A stretch of DNA of 64,000 nt from Lepidodermella squamata (lineage: Eukaryota > Animalia > Gastrotricha). The notes under the pieces were generated by a model, which saw only the letters and a list, made by a program, of their open reading frames with translations, ran no database searches and was not told the origin of the DNA. Made by a program: the position numbers and the translations under genes. The stretch's first letter is position 1; every line of letters starts with the position of its first letter. Of the stretch, positions 12,825-24,312 are shown piece after piece. The stretch is from assembly GCA_047495785.1 (NCBI GenBank), contig JBLDXI010000030.1:62001-126000 (forward strand), in the 5' to 3' direction.

Positions 12825-13256
12825 GATTGTAACTTGAATTACTGAATCTTGAAAGTAAGATATTTTTGAAGTAATCGCACTTAAACAATTGAATTCCAGA
12901 AGAATTGAATGCCGGAAGGTCTGAGAAATCCCTATTTCCCTGGGACCTGGCTGTAAAACAGCCGTAAAATTGTTACGAAGTTTCACTCCGCACAACACGA
13001 GCGGAAAGACTCAAGCAGCGTCTGTTTTAATGAACGCGATGAAAACACTTATCGCCGCGAAAGAATTCAGAAAGGATATCCCGCGTATTACATTTAGAAA
13101 TCGTGATTGCAGCATCAGGCATCAGGTTATGTAGGTAAGAGAAGCAGCTGAAAATCTTGAAACTCTTAACTCACAGCTCCCACGTGCGTGGAAAATGCTT
13201 GAATCAGCTTAATATTTTCTGTTTTTATATTCGCTCACACCAATTTACTAGAACAA

Positions 13257-14063
13257 TCAATTATATCGATTGCAATCATCCCGATCACGGCAAATGCAAG
13301 TTTCAACACTTTCACCGCCTGTTGATGTTTCAGAACAGCCATCTTGCACTGGCACATTCTCTCGCAAGCACGACCTTGCCGTTATCAAATCCAGATTGTT
13401 AACAATTTTCATTGTTTGACATGCCTCGCAGTTTTGTTCCGTCTTCAAGGTGTCGATTCCACTCTGGCAATACAAATTTCGCTTTCCAGTCGCACAGAAA
13501 TCGCCGCTGTTGCACATGCATGTTCTGATGTTCCTGCCCTTGCTGTCCCAAACCTCGGTGCAGGATGGTGGCATAGTTGCGACCTTTGCGTCACCAACCA
13601 CGCAAGATCTCGCGATAGAGACGTATTTCCCAGCTGAGACGATCGTCACATTCTGGCAAGCAGTGCAATCGGCCCGTTCTTTGAAGCTGTCAACGCCGTC
13701 GTGGCATTTTAACGTATTGCCAGCATTGCAAAAATCTGTACTATTACAGAAGCAAGTTTTGATTTCAAAGCCAGTGATGTTGGTAGATTGGCATGAATCA
13801 CTCGAAACAGGCGCAGGACTGGTCAAGCACTGGTGCAGGATAACCGTAGACCCAGAAATCGATGCTGTTGAAGTTACGCACCATAGACAAGTGTTGTTCG
13901 ATTCTACAACGTTTTGAACGCCATTTTGCTGCGTGCCGACCAAACATCTCAAGGCATCTAAAAACATTTTTGAACAAGAGCTGATTTTCAAAAAACTTAG
14001 CGACATACCAGCATAAGATACCGCAACAAGCAAGACAAAAACGTGTAATGTTAGGGGAGGCAT
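13257..14063 (-). CDS. Secreted protein with three tandem Ly6/uPAR (three-finger)-like domains
   Basis: Signal peptide, 51-bp in-frame intron 13958-14008, three 8-Cys repeats LxC..CxxC..C..C..CxC..C(N/A); no GPI tail. Confidence 0.8.
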   Translation of the reverse strand: MPPLTLHVFVLLVAVSYAGMSLSFLKISSCSKMFLDALRCLVGTQQNGVQNVVESNNTCLWCVTSTASISGSTVILHQCLTSPAPVSSDSCQSTNITGFEIKTCFCNSTDFCNAGNTLKCHDGVDSFKERADCTACQNVTIVSAGKYVSIARSCVVGDAKVATMPPSCTEVWDSKGRNIRTCMCNSGDFCATGKRNLYCQSGIDTLKTEQNCEACQTMKIVNNLDLITARSCLRENVPVQDGCSETSTGGESVETCICRDRDDCNRYN

Positions 14064-14318
14064 TTCACTTGAAGTGAGAATGACTACAAGCAATCTAACT
14101 GCCTGTGGAATGGGGCGTGGGAAACACCTGCCATAATTTCCACGACGAGCTTATCTCAGCAACCGAGTACAAAGCTTGAAAGCTCGCTTCATCCTAGAAT
14201 AATGTGAAGCCTATCAGCCATGCAACTAAAATTCAAAACGGTTATGATTCAAATTTATTCACTAAACTGTCTCAATAGATGAAAACATAAATCACTGTTT
14301 TAATTATTGCCTTGATGC

Positions 14319-15656
14319 TCAATCGTAATAAAGAGCCTCGTCCACCGAACAGCTCTCTTCGTCAACATTAGGCGCTAGTTTGTAGTATCTACACCGAAAT
14401 ACGTCATCCCGTCTTGTTTTTATCATTGCATAGAAGCATTTCAGCAGGGCCCGTCGTTGCTTTGGCACCCCTGTCATTTCAGCGATGGAATCAACCAACT
14501 CGCCATCCATTTCATTGACAGGCGAATACTTAGTCAAATCCAAGGTAGGACTCTTCGCAATGATAGGCCGCCATCGTTCATGCCACTCGTCGATTGCAGT
14601 CAGCATCTCGGTTTCGGATGGAAGCTGAACCCGGCCATCAATCACTGCCGCGCCCAGTTCAGCATGAAATCGCATCGAGCTGCAAATCATCGAAGACTGC
14701 TTGCCGACGAAGAATATCGACGGACATCTTGGATGCACCACGTTTTTGTACAGCGGAAATAGAGTGGTAGATTTTGTAAAATCAAGCTGCAATTCAGGCG
14801 ATAGTGGATGGTTCGGGTAGAAGCCAGTCGCATATAGGACGGAATCAACATTCTCGTAGGAACTTTCGTCCGTGAAATAGACTGTTCTATCTACGCCGCG
14901 AACAATACGCGGCCTCATGTCGATCTCTTCGGCATTCTTCACGCCCCAAGTTGGCCGATAGTTGTGCCAGGATAGGATGACTTTCTTAGCGATGTTCCAC
15001 AGTGTAAGTACCATGTCCATAGCTCCGAAACCTCCGCCGACTACAACGACTGTTTTACCCGCAAACCGATGTGGGTCGAGCATGTTGTGGTAGTGAAGAA
15101 CCTCGCCGGTGAATTTTTCAAGGTCGTACTCAGTTGGAATCTTTGGCAAGCGATGTTGCCCGCAACAGTGGAATACGTAGTCAAACTCTTCCTCGAATTT
15201 GGTCTCATCAGTCACATTTACGAGTTCTAGAATCAGTTTCGAGCTGCCACCATCTGCTCGCCGGGTGTTTGTTACCAAATGCTTGAATTTCATGAATTTT
15301 TCCAGCTCGAAATGCCTAGCGTAACTTCGAAAGTACTCCAAAACTTGAGTTCGAACTGGGTAGGAAGGGATAGTATCAGGAAATCGGAAGTCAAGCGTTA
15401 GCTCCATGTCATGCGTGAATATGTTAGCTTTCATCTCTTGGTAAGTCGAGCTCTGTACTGGGAAGCCGAATTTCGCCGTGTCCGGTTTGTCTGCGGCGAT
15501 GACCCACTCGCCTCCCAACTGGTCAGACCCCTCGTAGCATACGATTTCATATTGATCTGGGTTCTGAGCTGTGAATCGCTCTTGGAGAACCTTTAGAGTG
15601 ACTAGACCAGCCGGTCCAGCACCGATCACGGCTATCCTAATAGATTTAGGCATCAC
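14319..15656 (-). CDS. Flavin-containing monooxygenase (FMO family), intronless, no C-terminal membrane anchor
   Basis: GAGPAG FAD motif, GGEW, FTGEVLH (FxGxxxH FMO motif), GGGFGA NADPH motif, YATGF. Confidence 0.92.
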   Translation of the reverse strand: MMPKSIRIAVIGAGPAGLVTLKVLQERFTAQNPDQYEIVCYEGSDQLGGEWVIAADKPDTAKFGFPVQSSTYQEMKANIFTHDMELTLDFRFPDTIPSYPVRTQVLEYFRSYARHFELEKFMKFKHLVTNTRRADGGSSKLILELVNVTDETKFEEEFDYVFHCCGQHRLPKIPTEYDLEKFTGEVLHYHNMLDPHRFAGKTVVVVGGGFGAMDMVLTLWNIAKKVILSWHNYRPTWGVKNAEEIDMRPRIVRGVDRTVYFTDESSYENVDSVLYATGFYPNHPLSPELQLDFTKSTTLFPLYKNVVHPRCPSIFFVGKQSSMICSSMRFHAELGAAVIDGRVQLPSETEMLTAIDEWHERWRPIIAKSPTLDLTKYSPVNEMDGELVDSIAEMTGVPKQRRALLKCFYAMIKTRRDDVFRCRYYKLAPNVDEESCSVDEALYYD

Positions 15657-16355
15657 AATAAGCGAAAATTTCGTAAATGAACTTGTAACTGCTCAATTTT
15701 TTCTTTTATCTGTGGCGGATAATCATTTTTATAGTTATCTCGTCTCGCTTTGCAGGGCATATTCCATGTCGGACAATACTTAAACGGACTTGACACGGAC
15801 CGCTGATTACAAGTAGTTTCGGCCATGGGTTAAATAAATTGATAATGCATTCACAATTTTCGCTGAAATTGTGACGATTTTTCTGAAACTAAATTCTTTG
15901 ATTCTTGGAGTCATCGTAACGAGCGTTCAATCCTGACTTGAGCTCTCAAATAAAAACCGAAATAGCTAAATAATAAGGTGTTACAAAATGCAAAATAACT
16001 TTCCCTTTTTTCCCTTTTCTTAACCATCATACCTAGGCAACAATTCATATGCTTACCATGCTGTCCCTCTAGGATAGCTAAACACTTATTTGGCTGACAA
16101 ATATCACTATCGTGCCTTGAGGTAAGATAGTGCCTTGAGTTCACAGCTAATCTGCATCAAGCAAACAAAAATGTATGCAGGCTTTTAGCACTGATAAGAA
16201 GAAAACAACACATTGCGATTACTATAAAACGATAAGCGTGCGTCATTGTGCCATGTCACCAACAACCAGGCCAGAAAACTCTATTGAGTATAAACCATCG
16301 AATTCAATATTTTATAGTACTTTATCATGCATTTTTTCTTATTGAATTGAACAAA

Positions 16356-16797
16356 ATGGGCTACAAGTTATCTCAATTTACTCCAAATTCGACGTTTGTT
16401 GCCGTGACACTTCTTCTCGTATTCATGTCGGGACAAGTAGGTAAGGCTCCTTCAATTTCTCTATAACTTTCCTCGAAAATAAACGGTCTCAGCTAGTTTG
16501 AAATGCTGGGCTGGAACGAACAACAATGTCCGCGAAGAAATGGGATGTGTGCTATGCGGCAAGATTGAATCAAAGCCATTGAACTATCCTGAGCACATCG
16601 ATCGCCTCTGCTTGTCCAAAGCCACGGAATCTGTTGGCTGCAAGGATGGCAGAGATCAAGATGGCTCGCCTTATCGAGCATGCTACTGCAATTGGCCTGA
16701 CTACTGTAATGCTTCGAATCTAAATCTTGCAAAGATTACTTCGATTCTCTTACCAAGCTTTGTAACAATTCTACTCAGTAAATTTGTTTATTTGTGA
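16356..16797 (+). CDS. GPI-anchored single-domain Ly6/three-finger protein (Lynx1/Quiver-like architecture)
   Basis: Exon 16356-16440 (signal peptide), intron 16441-16492, exon with LKC..CVLC..C..C..CYC..YCN followed by a hydrophobic GPI-signal-like tail. Confidence 0.82.
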
Positions 16798-17085
16798 TAT
16801 AGAGTTTTATTTTTTATTATCCAGAGTAAGAATGTGTCAATCCAATCTAAATCGAGCAATTTTATTCATAAAACAGGCTCTTAATGTTTTGATATACCTA
16901 TTCTATTCTGAATGAATTCATGGCCTGAGAATTTGCGCATATTCATACTGATATTCATCAAGAATATCAGCGTTTCAAGAGTAGAGGCCTAAATTTAGTA
17001 CTGAGTACTGAGCCATGAACCTACGACCTACTGGATATGTAGTCAATGACAGAGGATTCAACATTGTTTGCTGCTAAAACCTGCT

Positions 17086-17168
17086 TTATAGCTCAAAAAT
17101 AACAGTCACAGAGTAAAGCGCTGCTCGAAAAATTTGCTCGTTGAAATTTCCAACTCCACAACCATCGA
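17086..17168 (-). pseudogene. Relic of the 3' end of an SGNH-family paralogue
   Basis: VGNFNEQIFRAALYSVTVIFEL* matches the C-terminus of the 25908 gene (VGNFNEQGYRVALYSVTVIFEL*). Confidence 0.8.
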
Positions 17169-17484
17169 ACCATCGAAACCATTGTGGTAAAATGTGTCGA
17201 AATGTGATAATACACATATTTTGAGTTAATTTCCAGTTTCTGAGAGCACATTTACGGATCCGCGGTGGTTTCCTCCGGTCACTAAAAAGCCGTGAAATGC
17301 TAGTTTTCTCAAACAATTAATTGCGCGCACGCTATTGGTCGATTCAAAAATAAGCGCGGGAGTCGCATTAATGCCGCTGCGAAACAAAATAACCGTCGAC
17401 TTCGCAGATTCAGACCGGCGCAAAAAAAAATAGCCTCATTTTCAGTTAAAATAGGATTTTTGTGAGAATGATTGGAACAAATTT

Positions 17485-17700
17485 CTAAAAAAATCCATAA
17501 TCCAGTAGAGAGTTCCATAGAAGCGAAGAGCGAATAGCAAAGGAAGAGTACCTAAACTTATGATGCCATGGTGGGAGAATCAATTTGCTGTTGTGACTTG
17601 ACCTAGTCTTATCCGAAAAAGGCAGAATATAGAAATCACTAGGTGGTATAATACTATGGTTGTGAATAATTTTGTGAGTCATTGCATGCCGTCTATGAAT
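17485..17700 (-). mobile_element. CR1/L2-like LINE 3' relic
   Basis: HKIIH...TRSSHNSKL...RYSSFAIRSSLLWNSL resembles the ORF2 C-terminus of CR1/L2 elements. Confidence 0.6.
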
Positions 17701-18094
17701 GCAGAACGGTAGCAGATAATTAGTAGAAAAGGTTTCTATTTTCTTACGCGATTTTCTTACGCGCGTATCGCATGTTCATTTTATTTTCTGTAAACTATGT
17801 TCGTTGCACTAAAATCTTACAGACCCGCCTGCTGTTTGCATTACTGGGGTTCAGATATTAAGATAGTGTGAGAAACATGCGGAGCAAAAAATAGTGTGAT
17901 TGCGAAAGAACTACAGACGCTCTTCGGTAAATAACCATCAAGGGAAAGTCCCGTCGTTTGCATTAAGGAGGCACGATTCTCGCTCTATATTTTCCTAAGG
18001 TCGCATCTTTATTCAAAATGATGGTAATTATGTGAACAGCTGCAGGTATGTACAATTTCGCTCTGAAAATCAGATCAGTCAAAATCTGACATAA

Positions 18095-19707
18095 ATGCAG
18101 TTTACTAGCTTTGAAATGAGGCGCTTTTGCGTCCTACTAATTTGCATCGTTTTCTTCAGTGCGCTTTATTTCCTCAGCCCGAAAAGCAATCCGTCGTCAA
18201 ATGACAAGAAAGAAGCAATACAGTCCGATGCGAACGAAAACGCGGCCAACAACAAGCTGATGAAGCTGCCTGAGACCATTGCAAATTTCTGGAAACAACC
18301 GAAAAGGCTGCCGACTTATGTGAAGGAAGGCTTGGAGCATGTGGTTAAATCACCGCACAGTATTACCTACCGACAATTCCACCAAGCGACAATAAAGAAT
18401 GTTGGGGATATCGGCACTCTGCAGCGGGCTTTTCTACGCTTATTCGATCCACCCGAAGGAAACTGGTTAAATAACTTGAAGAACGAGCAGAGAAGACTGA
18501 ATGTTGTTCTTTTGGGTGAATCGACTTCCTCCAATCAGGCTTACGTATTTTTTTGACTAATTTACACCTAGAATGCGTAGAAAACTGTTCATTCTAGAAA
18601 GGTAATCCGGTGCATATCGACCACCTAGTTCGATGGCTGAATACAACTCTCGAACCATTCGGACTTCACGCTAAGGGCGAAAATTGGGCGTTAGGAGCGA
18701 CAAACAGCGGTTTTAACGCTTACTGCGCCCAACAGTTCATCAACCCTGCAGATTTCGACATAGCCCTACTTCAATTTACGCGAAACCCAGAAACCATGGA
18801 GGAATTCCGGGAACTGATAAACGAATTGCGTGACAAAAATCCTGATTTGCATATCATAATCGTTGATTTTCCGAATGTTCGAGACATTTTTACGATCACC
18901 GAAGACCGGTCAGACCAGACAGAGATGAACTTTGCCAACCACACAGAAGTGGCTAGGTCAATGGGCGTTACTATGATAAGTTCGGAAGAATTCCTTTCCG
19001 ATAAGAACAACTGGGAGAGAACACAGCAAGAGTTAGACGAGCTCAAAGACATCTTCAATTTCTACGTCTCGCCTTATGATTTTGTACATGCAGGCCCCGA
19101 GGTCCATGAGATGATGGCAGAGCACATTACCGGCTACATCAAACAGTCTCTGCTGCAGCTTCTTGAATCTGATGAATACCCTGACCAGAAACCGGTTTTC
19201 AGGCCGAAGAAGCAATTTCATTATGAATGCCACTTGAAACACCATGAGCATGAAGGCCGTTCGAAAGAGGGCCTAGTTCCGACTGAAAACGGTGTTGACG
19301 CCGATAGCATAAACTTTCTTGTTTGTTGGCAAGCTTTACACGAAAAATCGTTGTCTTTTGAATTTTCCGAGTTCAAAACGAACATTTCAACCTGCTTCCT
19401 TCCACGAATTATATTTTCCTACGGCCGTTTCAATTATGAGTGTATGGCAGAAGGTGGATTTTTCAACGTTGCCTATACCATTAAAATGGCGGATGGGCAC
19501 GATTATGAGGCTAGTTACGATCTTGAGTTGTATACCAAGTGCCCTTACTTGCATTCGGTTCTCACGACGCCTGTGGATGCGCATAAAAAAGTGCCTTGCT
19601 ACTCGGTACTTGGCGATCTGGAGTCGGTCCGGGTGGTACTGACGAACCACTGTTCAAACGTCTGCCCAATGGGTATTTATTCTGTTACTGTTGCTTTTAA
19701 GGAATAA
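18095..19707 (+). CDS. Type II membrane SGNH/GDSL-fold hydrolase or acyltransferase-like protein
   Basis: N-terminal TM (true start may be 18116); LLGESTS (block I), NWALGATNS (block II), QFTRN (block III), DFVH (block V); intron about 18545-18597. Confidence 0.78.
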
Positions 19708-20743
19708 AGAAACACACCGCTTCGGATTTGATTTGATATTTGATTTACGACTTAAATCACGGACCTCCTTCAATCAAAATCAATAAATGTCCCACTTTCA
19801 CGGAACTAAATCAATCAAATCAAATCATTAACAGCGATAAATCGCAATAAATCACGACGCATCATAATTTTCACCAATTTGGGAGCTTTGAAAATTCAAA
19901 AAATAGCGCGATTTTGAAACTACTGTCCCTCTTCAAAAAGTATGGTTTCGTGTTAACGCCATTTAACTCTAGCAGAATCGGCGCAGGGTGCACACTGGCG
20001 GTACACTGGGGCCGCTCTAAAACGTATGCGACGCTTCCAGCTTTTTGCGAATTTGGAAAAATCTCGCTTCACTGCGCACGAGCTAGCGGAGGTGTTACCT
20101 CGGGCACAGCTAAGAACAATTGGAACCAGTGATATCGATGAGATTTTTCAGTTGAAAATAGGCAACCCTTTTCGGTTGATCGATGCTCGCTTTTTGCAGT
20201 ACATAGATTCTTATTACGCTAAATAAGTGTTTTCTACATTCGCGTGACCCGAAAAGCAAAAAGTCACGATGAAACATCTCGGCACACATAAATGTACTAC
20301 CGTGTCAGATCTACTGTATGTATTTATCTATGCGCGTGACGAGAGTACTAATCTGTGTATATACTGCAAAAAGTGAGCAGTAATGAATCTAAAGTGGAGC
20401 CTCAATCTGATCCATCTCAGAATTCGATGAAATTCTGAGTGATGGTTACCGTAGGTCTCAGCTACATGCCTGTGAAAGGTTTTCAGGCGGGAAATTACCC
20501 GTTATTTGTATATGAATTTAAGAAAATCAGCAATTTTTCTGTTATTCTATGCTATGTACATTGACATGACATGACATGACTATGTAATCCCAATGCTTAT
20601 GACCATGGACTCAATGTTAGTTGAATTGAAGGAAGGACCCGCGTTTTCCCCCGGCACTACTCTGGTAGAAATGTGGTAATAGGCGCATCGTTTATCACTA
20701 TGGACTTTTGATTTTCAATAAATTCCCGTGGCGTTGTTACTAG

Positions 20744-20821
20744 AAAGTTACTAGAAACACAACAAGTTAGGATATTATAGTGTGATATAATATCCTAACT
20801 TGTTGTGTTTCTAGTAACTTT
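20744..20821. repeat. Perfect 36-bp inverted repeat with 6-nt loop
   Basis: AAAGTTACTAGAAACACAACAAGTTAGGATATTATA-gtgtga-exact reverse complement. Confidence 0.95.
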
Positions 20822-20954
20822 TAAGATGTAAATCCGAACTAATTTCCGCAATTTATATAATCTTCACCAACTGGCAACAAAAATGAGGTTAGAGGCCGTA
20901 CTGATTGTTGACATCTGAAATTAGCTTAATTGATGTTGTAAATTTCTTTGTTAG

Positions 20955-20991
20955 ACCCTGAAGATGGCAATAAAAGCCGAAACGCGTCGGT
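20955..20991 (+). ncRNA. Minimal type I hammerhead ribozyme of the Penelope-like-element type
   Basis: ACC-CTGAAGA-T-GGC-aataaaa-GCC-GAAA-CGCG-TC-GGT: intact core, stems I and II, palindromic ACGCGT stem III. Confidence 0.75.
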
Positions 20992-21061
20992 GTACGGATC
21001 CTTGGCCTTTTTGAAGTATTATGTACTATGATATCGCTATACCATCAAAAAATCCGCTTCA

Positions 21062-22544
21062 AATTAGCCATATTCAAAAAATACATTACCAAAGAATGTA
21101 TCCCCGTAGCCGTCGTAGGAAACATTCGCAGTACCCAGATTATAGCTGACAAGTTTCCAAACTTCAGTTGGGGATATGAACGGAGCGTCCGAAGATGCTG
21201 TAATCACAGATAAATCTGCAGCCAGAGTCAACTTCATCAAATGTGTACTTTCAGGTGACTCAAACACCACACGACATTTTTGCGTGTCCAGCGGAAACTT
21301 TTCGGGGCTGAAGATCAGTAAATAAAGACTTTCCACTAAAACGCGTTCCAAAGCCCCTCAAATTGACGGAAGAATGGCTTTAGTTTCATTCGGTGTTTCA
21401 TTCGGTGCACCCCCTTGTTTTACTTAGGGTGCAAGTTTATGGGATGGTAGGTAAGCATTAGCGCTAATATATCGAATGCTAAATTGAGCCTTGAGATATA
21501 TACAAAGATTTGATTTAAATACTCTGCGAGTAGTGGAAAATGAGGAATGCTCGGTATGCTTCCGAGATTTAGGGGACCTCCTGAGGGTATTCGGAACATT
21601 TAGTCCCCTGCGGCGTATCAGAGATTACGAGAAGGAAAGTGTGACAAGACCTGATTTGTAGAATCAGGAAGACCACAAGCCATTCTTGGAACAACACGAA
21701 GCGAACCACCGATCTCATTTGCATATTCTTATGCTGCTAGCGTTTTGTCTCAGTGTACAATAAGGCGCGAGGCGCGCACTAATGCCGGCTGTGGAACAGG
21801 TGCTACGTAAAGTGGGCTGCACATGCTATTCGCAAAAAGTAAACAATTGAAGATTCAAAACTTACAATTGACTTTCATAAATGCGTGTTAAGCTTGAGGC
21901 GGTGACTTCTACTTGTGCTATTGTCACCTAGCTACTTGTGATGCGGGTGATATCAAAGAGGAGCGCGTTAAAAACATTGTGATTTTCTATATTGATGCTT
22001 CGATACTAATACAATATGATTTGAGATTTGATTTATGATTTGAATTTCCTATCCTTGATTTGATTTGAATTGATTTGTTCTGGTACGAAACTGAATGGAT
22101 TTAATTTGGATTTGAAATTTCGTTTCTAAATTAGATTTGATTGTCAAATCAAATCAATTCCAAAGCTCTGGTGCTATCAGAATCTGCATTCTTAATAATT
22201 ACTGACGGAATCCATGTTTCGGATGCTCCTAAACCAAAGTAATCGGCATCTTTCCAATCTCTAGGGTCCCACTTCACGCAGGGATGTCGATAGTTCATCG
22301 TCACATCTAGGATAACATCAAGTCTCTCCTCGAGTTCGTCGAGCTGCCGGAAACGTATCGGGTTCAGAACAAAAGTAATTTCGATAGTCTCATTGGCGCG
22401 CTTAGCAGGCCTTGCCTTCGACGAAATTCCGCATTTATTTGAGAAATGTTGCTTCAGCTGCTCCTCGTAAGGCGAAAATACGTCTTCAGTGGGCATAACC
22501 ACTCGAGCGCATAGCGACAGTATGAGTAAAACGAATAACAACAT
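21062..22544 (-). pseudogene. Disrupted Cys-loop channel gene (subfamily B)
   Basis: Exon 1 (22544-22171) cut at the GATTT-rich terminus; exon 2 relic 21062-21307 (EKFPLDTQKC to loop C) lacks all TM helices. Confidence 0.85.
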
Positions 22545-22992
22545 GACATAATATCTCTCTTCGTTTAGCCTTAGCTCGGATACTGGGAAACTTCACTACT
22601 TATAGTTTATAAATTCCGAACTCCAAACATTCCAAACATAGCGGCCTATAAGCGAGTTCCTAGTGAAAATAAAAGTCTGACATAACAAAGTGAAATCCAA
22701 GCGACTTCATGTAAACAAGTGGATCAATATTTCGATATTTCCACTAACAATATACTAACAATGCACAGCAAAACCCAAAGCAAATGGGCAAGATTCCGGC
22801 GAGCACAGTAGACAGTAGCAAAGAGAACACTCCGACTTAGCTAACTCATATTCGATTGTTCATGCATTGATGAGCGCTAATTATCACATATATCGATTAT
22901 TTTTTATAAAAAAAAACTCTGCCTCTACAACTGTGTATAATGTAGAAAATCCATCTCAGCACTGGAAAGGCAGCCCAATTTCAGCAAAAAGG

Positions 22993-24189
22993 TTAATTAC
23001 ACATCATTCGTGCAAGAACGTAGCAATCAATCCACAATAGCAAAAAGGCACCAGTTGAAAAGACAATCAAATCGAGGAATCTTATAAGAGTTATACTATT
23101 CAAATATTTTCGATTCTTAAATACTCTCCGCTTAAACTTCGACTGGCTCGCAATACAAACTGTAGCAAGTGAGTAGAATGTGAGGAGTATCCCAGCTGAA
23201 AGCTGAGCTGTGACAAATACTAAAGCATACGGAATGACACTAGATTTCGGGATCATCTCAACGATACTCGATTGAAGCACAGAGAAAGCTAATAGCAGAG
23301 TCACGCAAAATGTTGCTCGATCGGGTGAATCTGGGGCGATTAAAGCCGAGCCGAACAACAGACCCGAGAGTGCGAATGAAGGGTAAAAGATATTGATCAG
23401 ATACGATTCAGGCTTACGCCTGATTGTGACTTGAAAAGACACTCGATCAAACATTTTTCCTGGGATGTAGTCGTAACGCACTGAGGAATTGTTAAGGGTG
23501 AATCCAACGAGTGACCATACAGAGGTTTGGGAGATGAATGGCGTCTCCAATGAATCAGTTATCCCAGAGAGCGACTCCAGCAGCCTAAGCCGCTGAATTG
23601 TATTGCTATCGAACGATTCGAAGATCATCGAGCATTTTTGTGTGTCGAATGGGAATTTAGTCAAGCTGTAGGTTAAAAAAATTCAAATTAGATCGATGGA
23701 TAATTCAGTTTAAACTCACTCCAATAAACAGAATGTAGAAAAGCTAATTGTTGTGGATAGATAGGCGGTGCCATTGAAGTTGAAGCTAAAGCCAACTGCG
23801 TCATCAATGGCTTCTCGCAGCGAGACAGAGGCATCGCCGTTTATCAGATAGACTGACGGTTTCCAAGTCTCGGCTGGGTCGATTCTAAATTCTCGAGTCC
23901 AGCCCCAATCGCCGGGGTTCCACTTCACGCATGGGTGTTGGTATCCGTAAATAAGGCTCATGAGGATGTCTATCCTTTCATCGACCTCATTCAACTCCCT
24001 GAGCCTCATCGGGTTGAATACAAATTGCACTTCGATGGTATCATTGCCCTTTATCACCGGGCGAGCGCTCGATAGAATGCTACACTTGTCAGCAAAATAG
24101 CTTTTCAATTGCTCGCCATAAGGAATGTACGTCGAGTTCTGAGCAGTTACGGCCGAAACTAGGTTAAGAAGTAAGAACTGAAGTAACAT
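22993..24189 (-). CDS. Divergent Cys-loop channel subunit (subfamily B)
   Basis: Intron 23666-23719; CLLDLTKFPFDTQKC; 4 TM. Confidence 0.93.
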
Positions 24190-24312
24190 ATTTTCTTCTA
24201 TTGAATCAGTGCATTGCCAAGCGCCAGGAATGCTTTACTGGGGAAATGAATTCACAGCGATGTTTATTTTTCAGTCAGGTTAATTGAAAACGATGAAAAA
24301 TTATCTGCATGT

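Larger units (their letters stand above)
19715..22170. mobile_element. Rearranged block bounded by imperfect inverted termini rich in GATTT/AAATC
   Basis: Left end CACCGCTTCGGATTTGATTTGA versus reverse complement of right end CAGAGCTTTGGAATTGATTTGA (18/22 identical); no target-site duplication. Confidence 0.45.

Noticed and set aside
18539-18546. Non-canonical GC splice donor in the plus-strand SGNH gene
   Set aside because: An in-phase GT donor 6 nt downstream gives a typical 53-bp intron; cannot be resolved without cDNA
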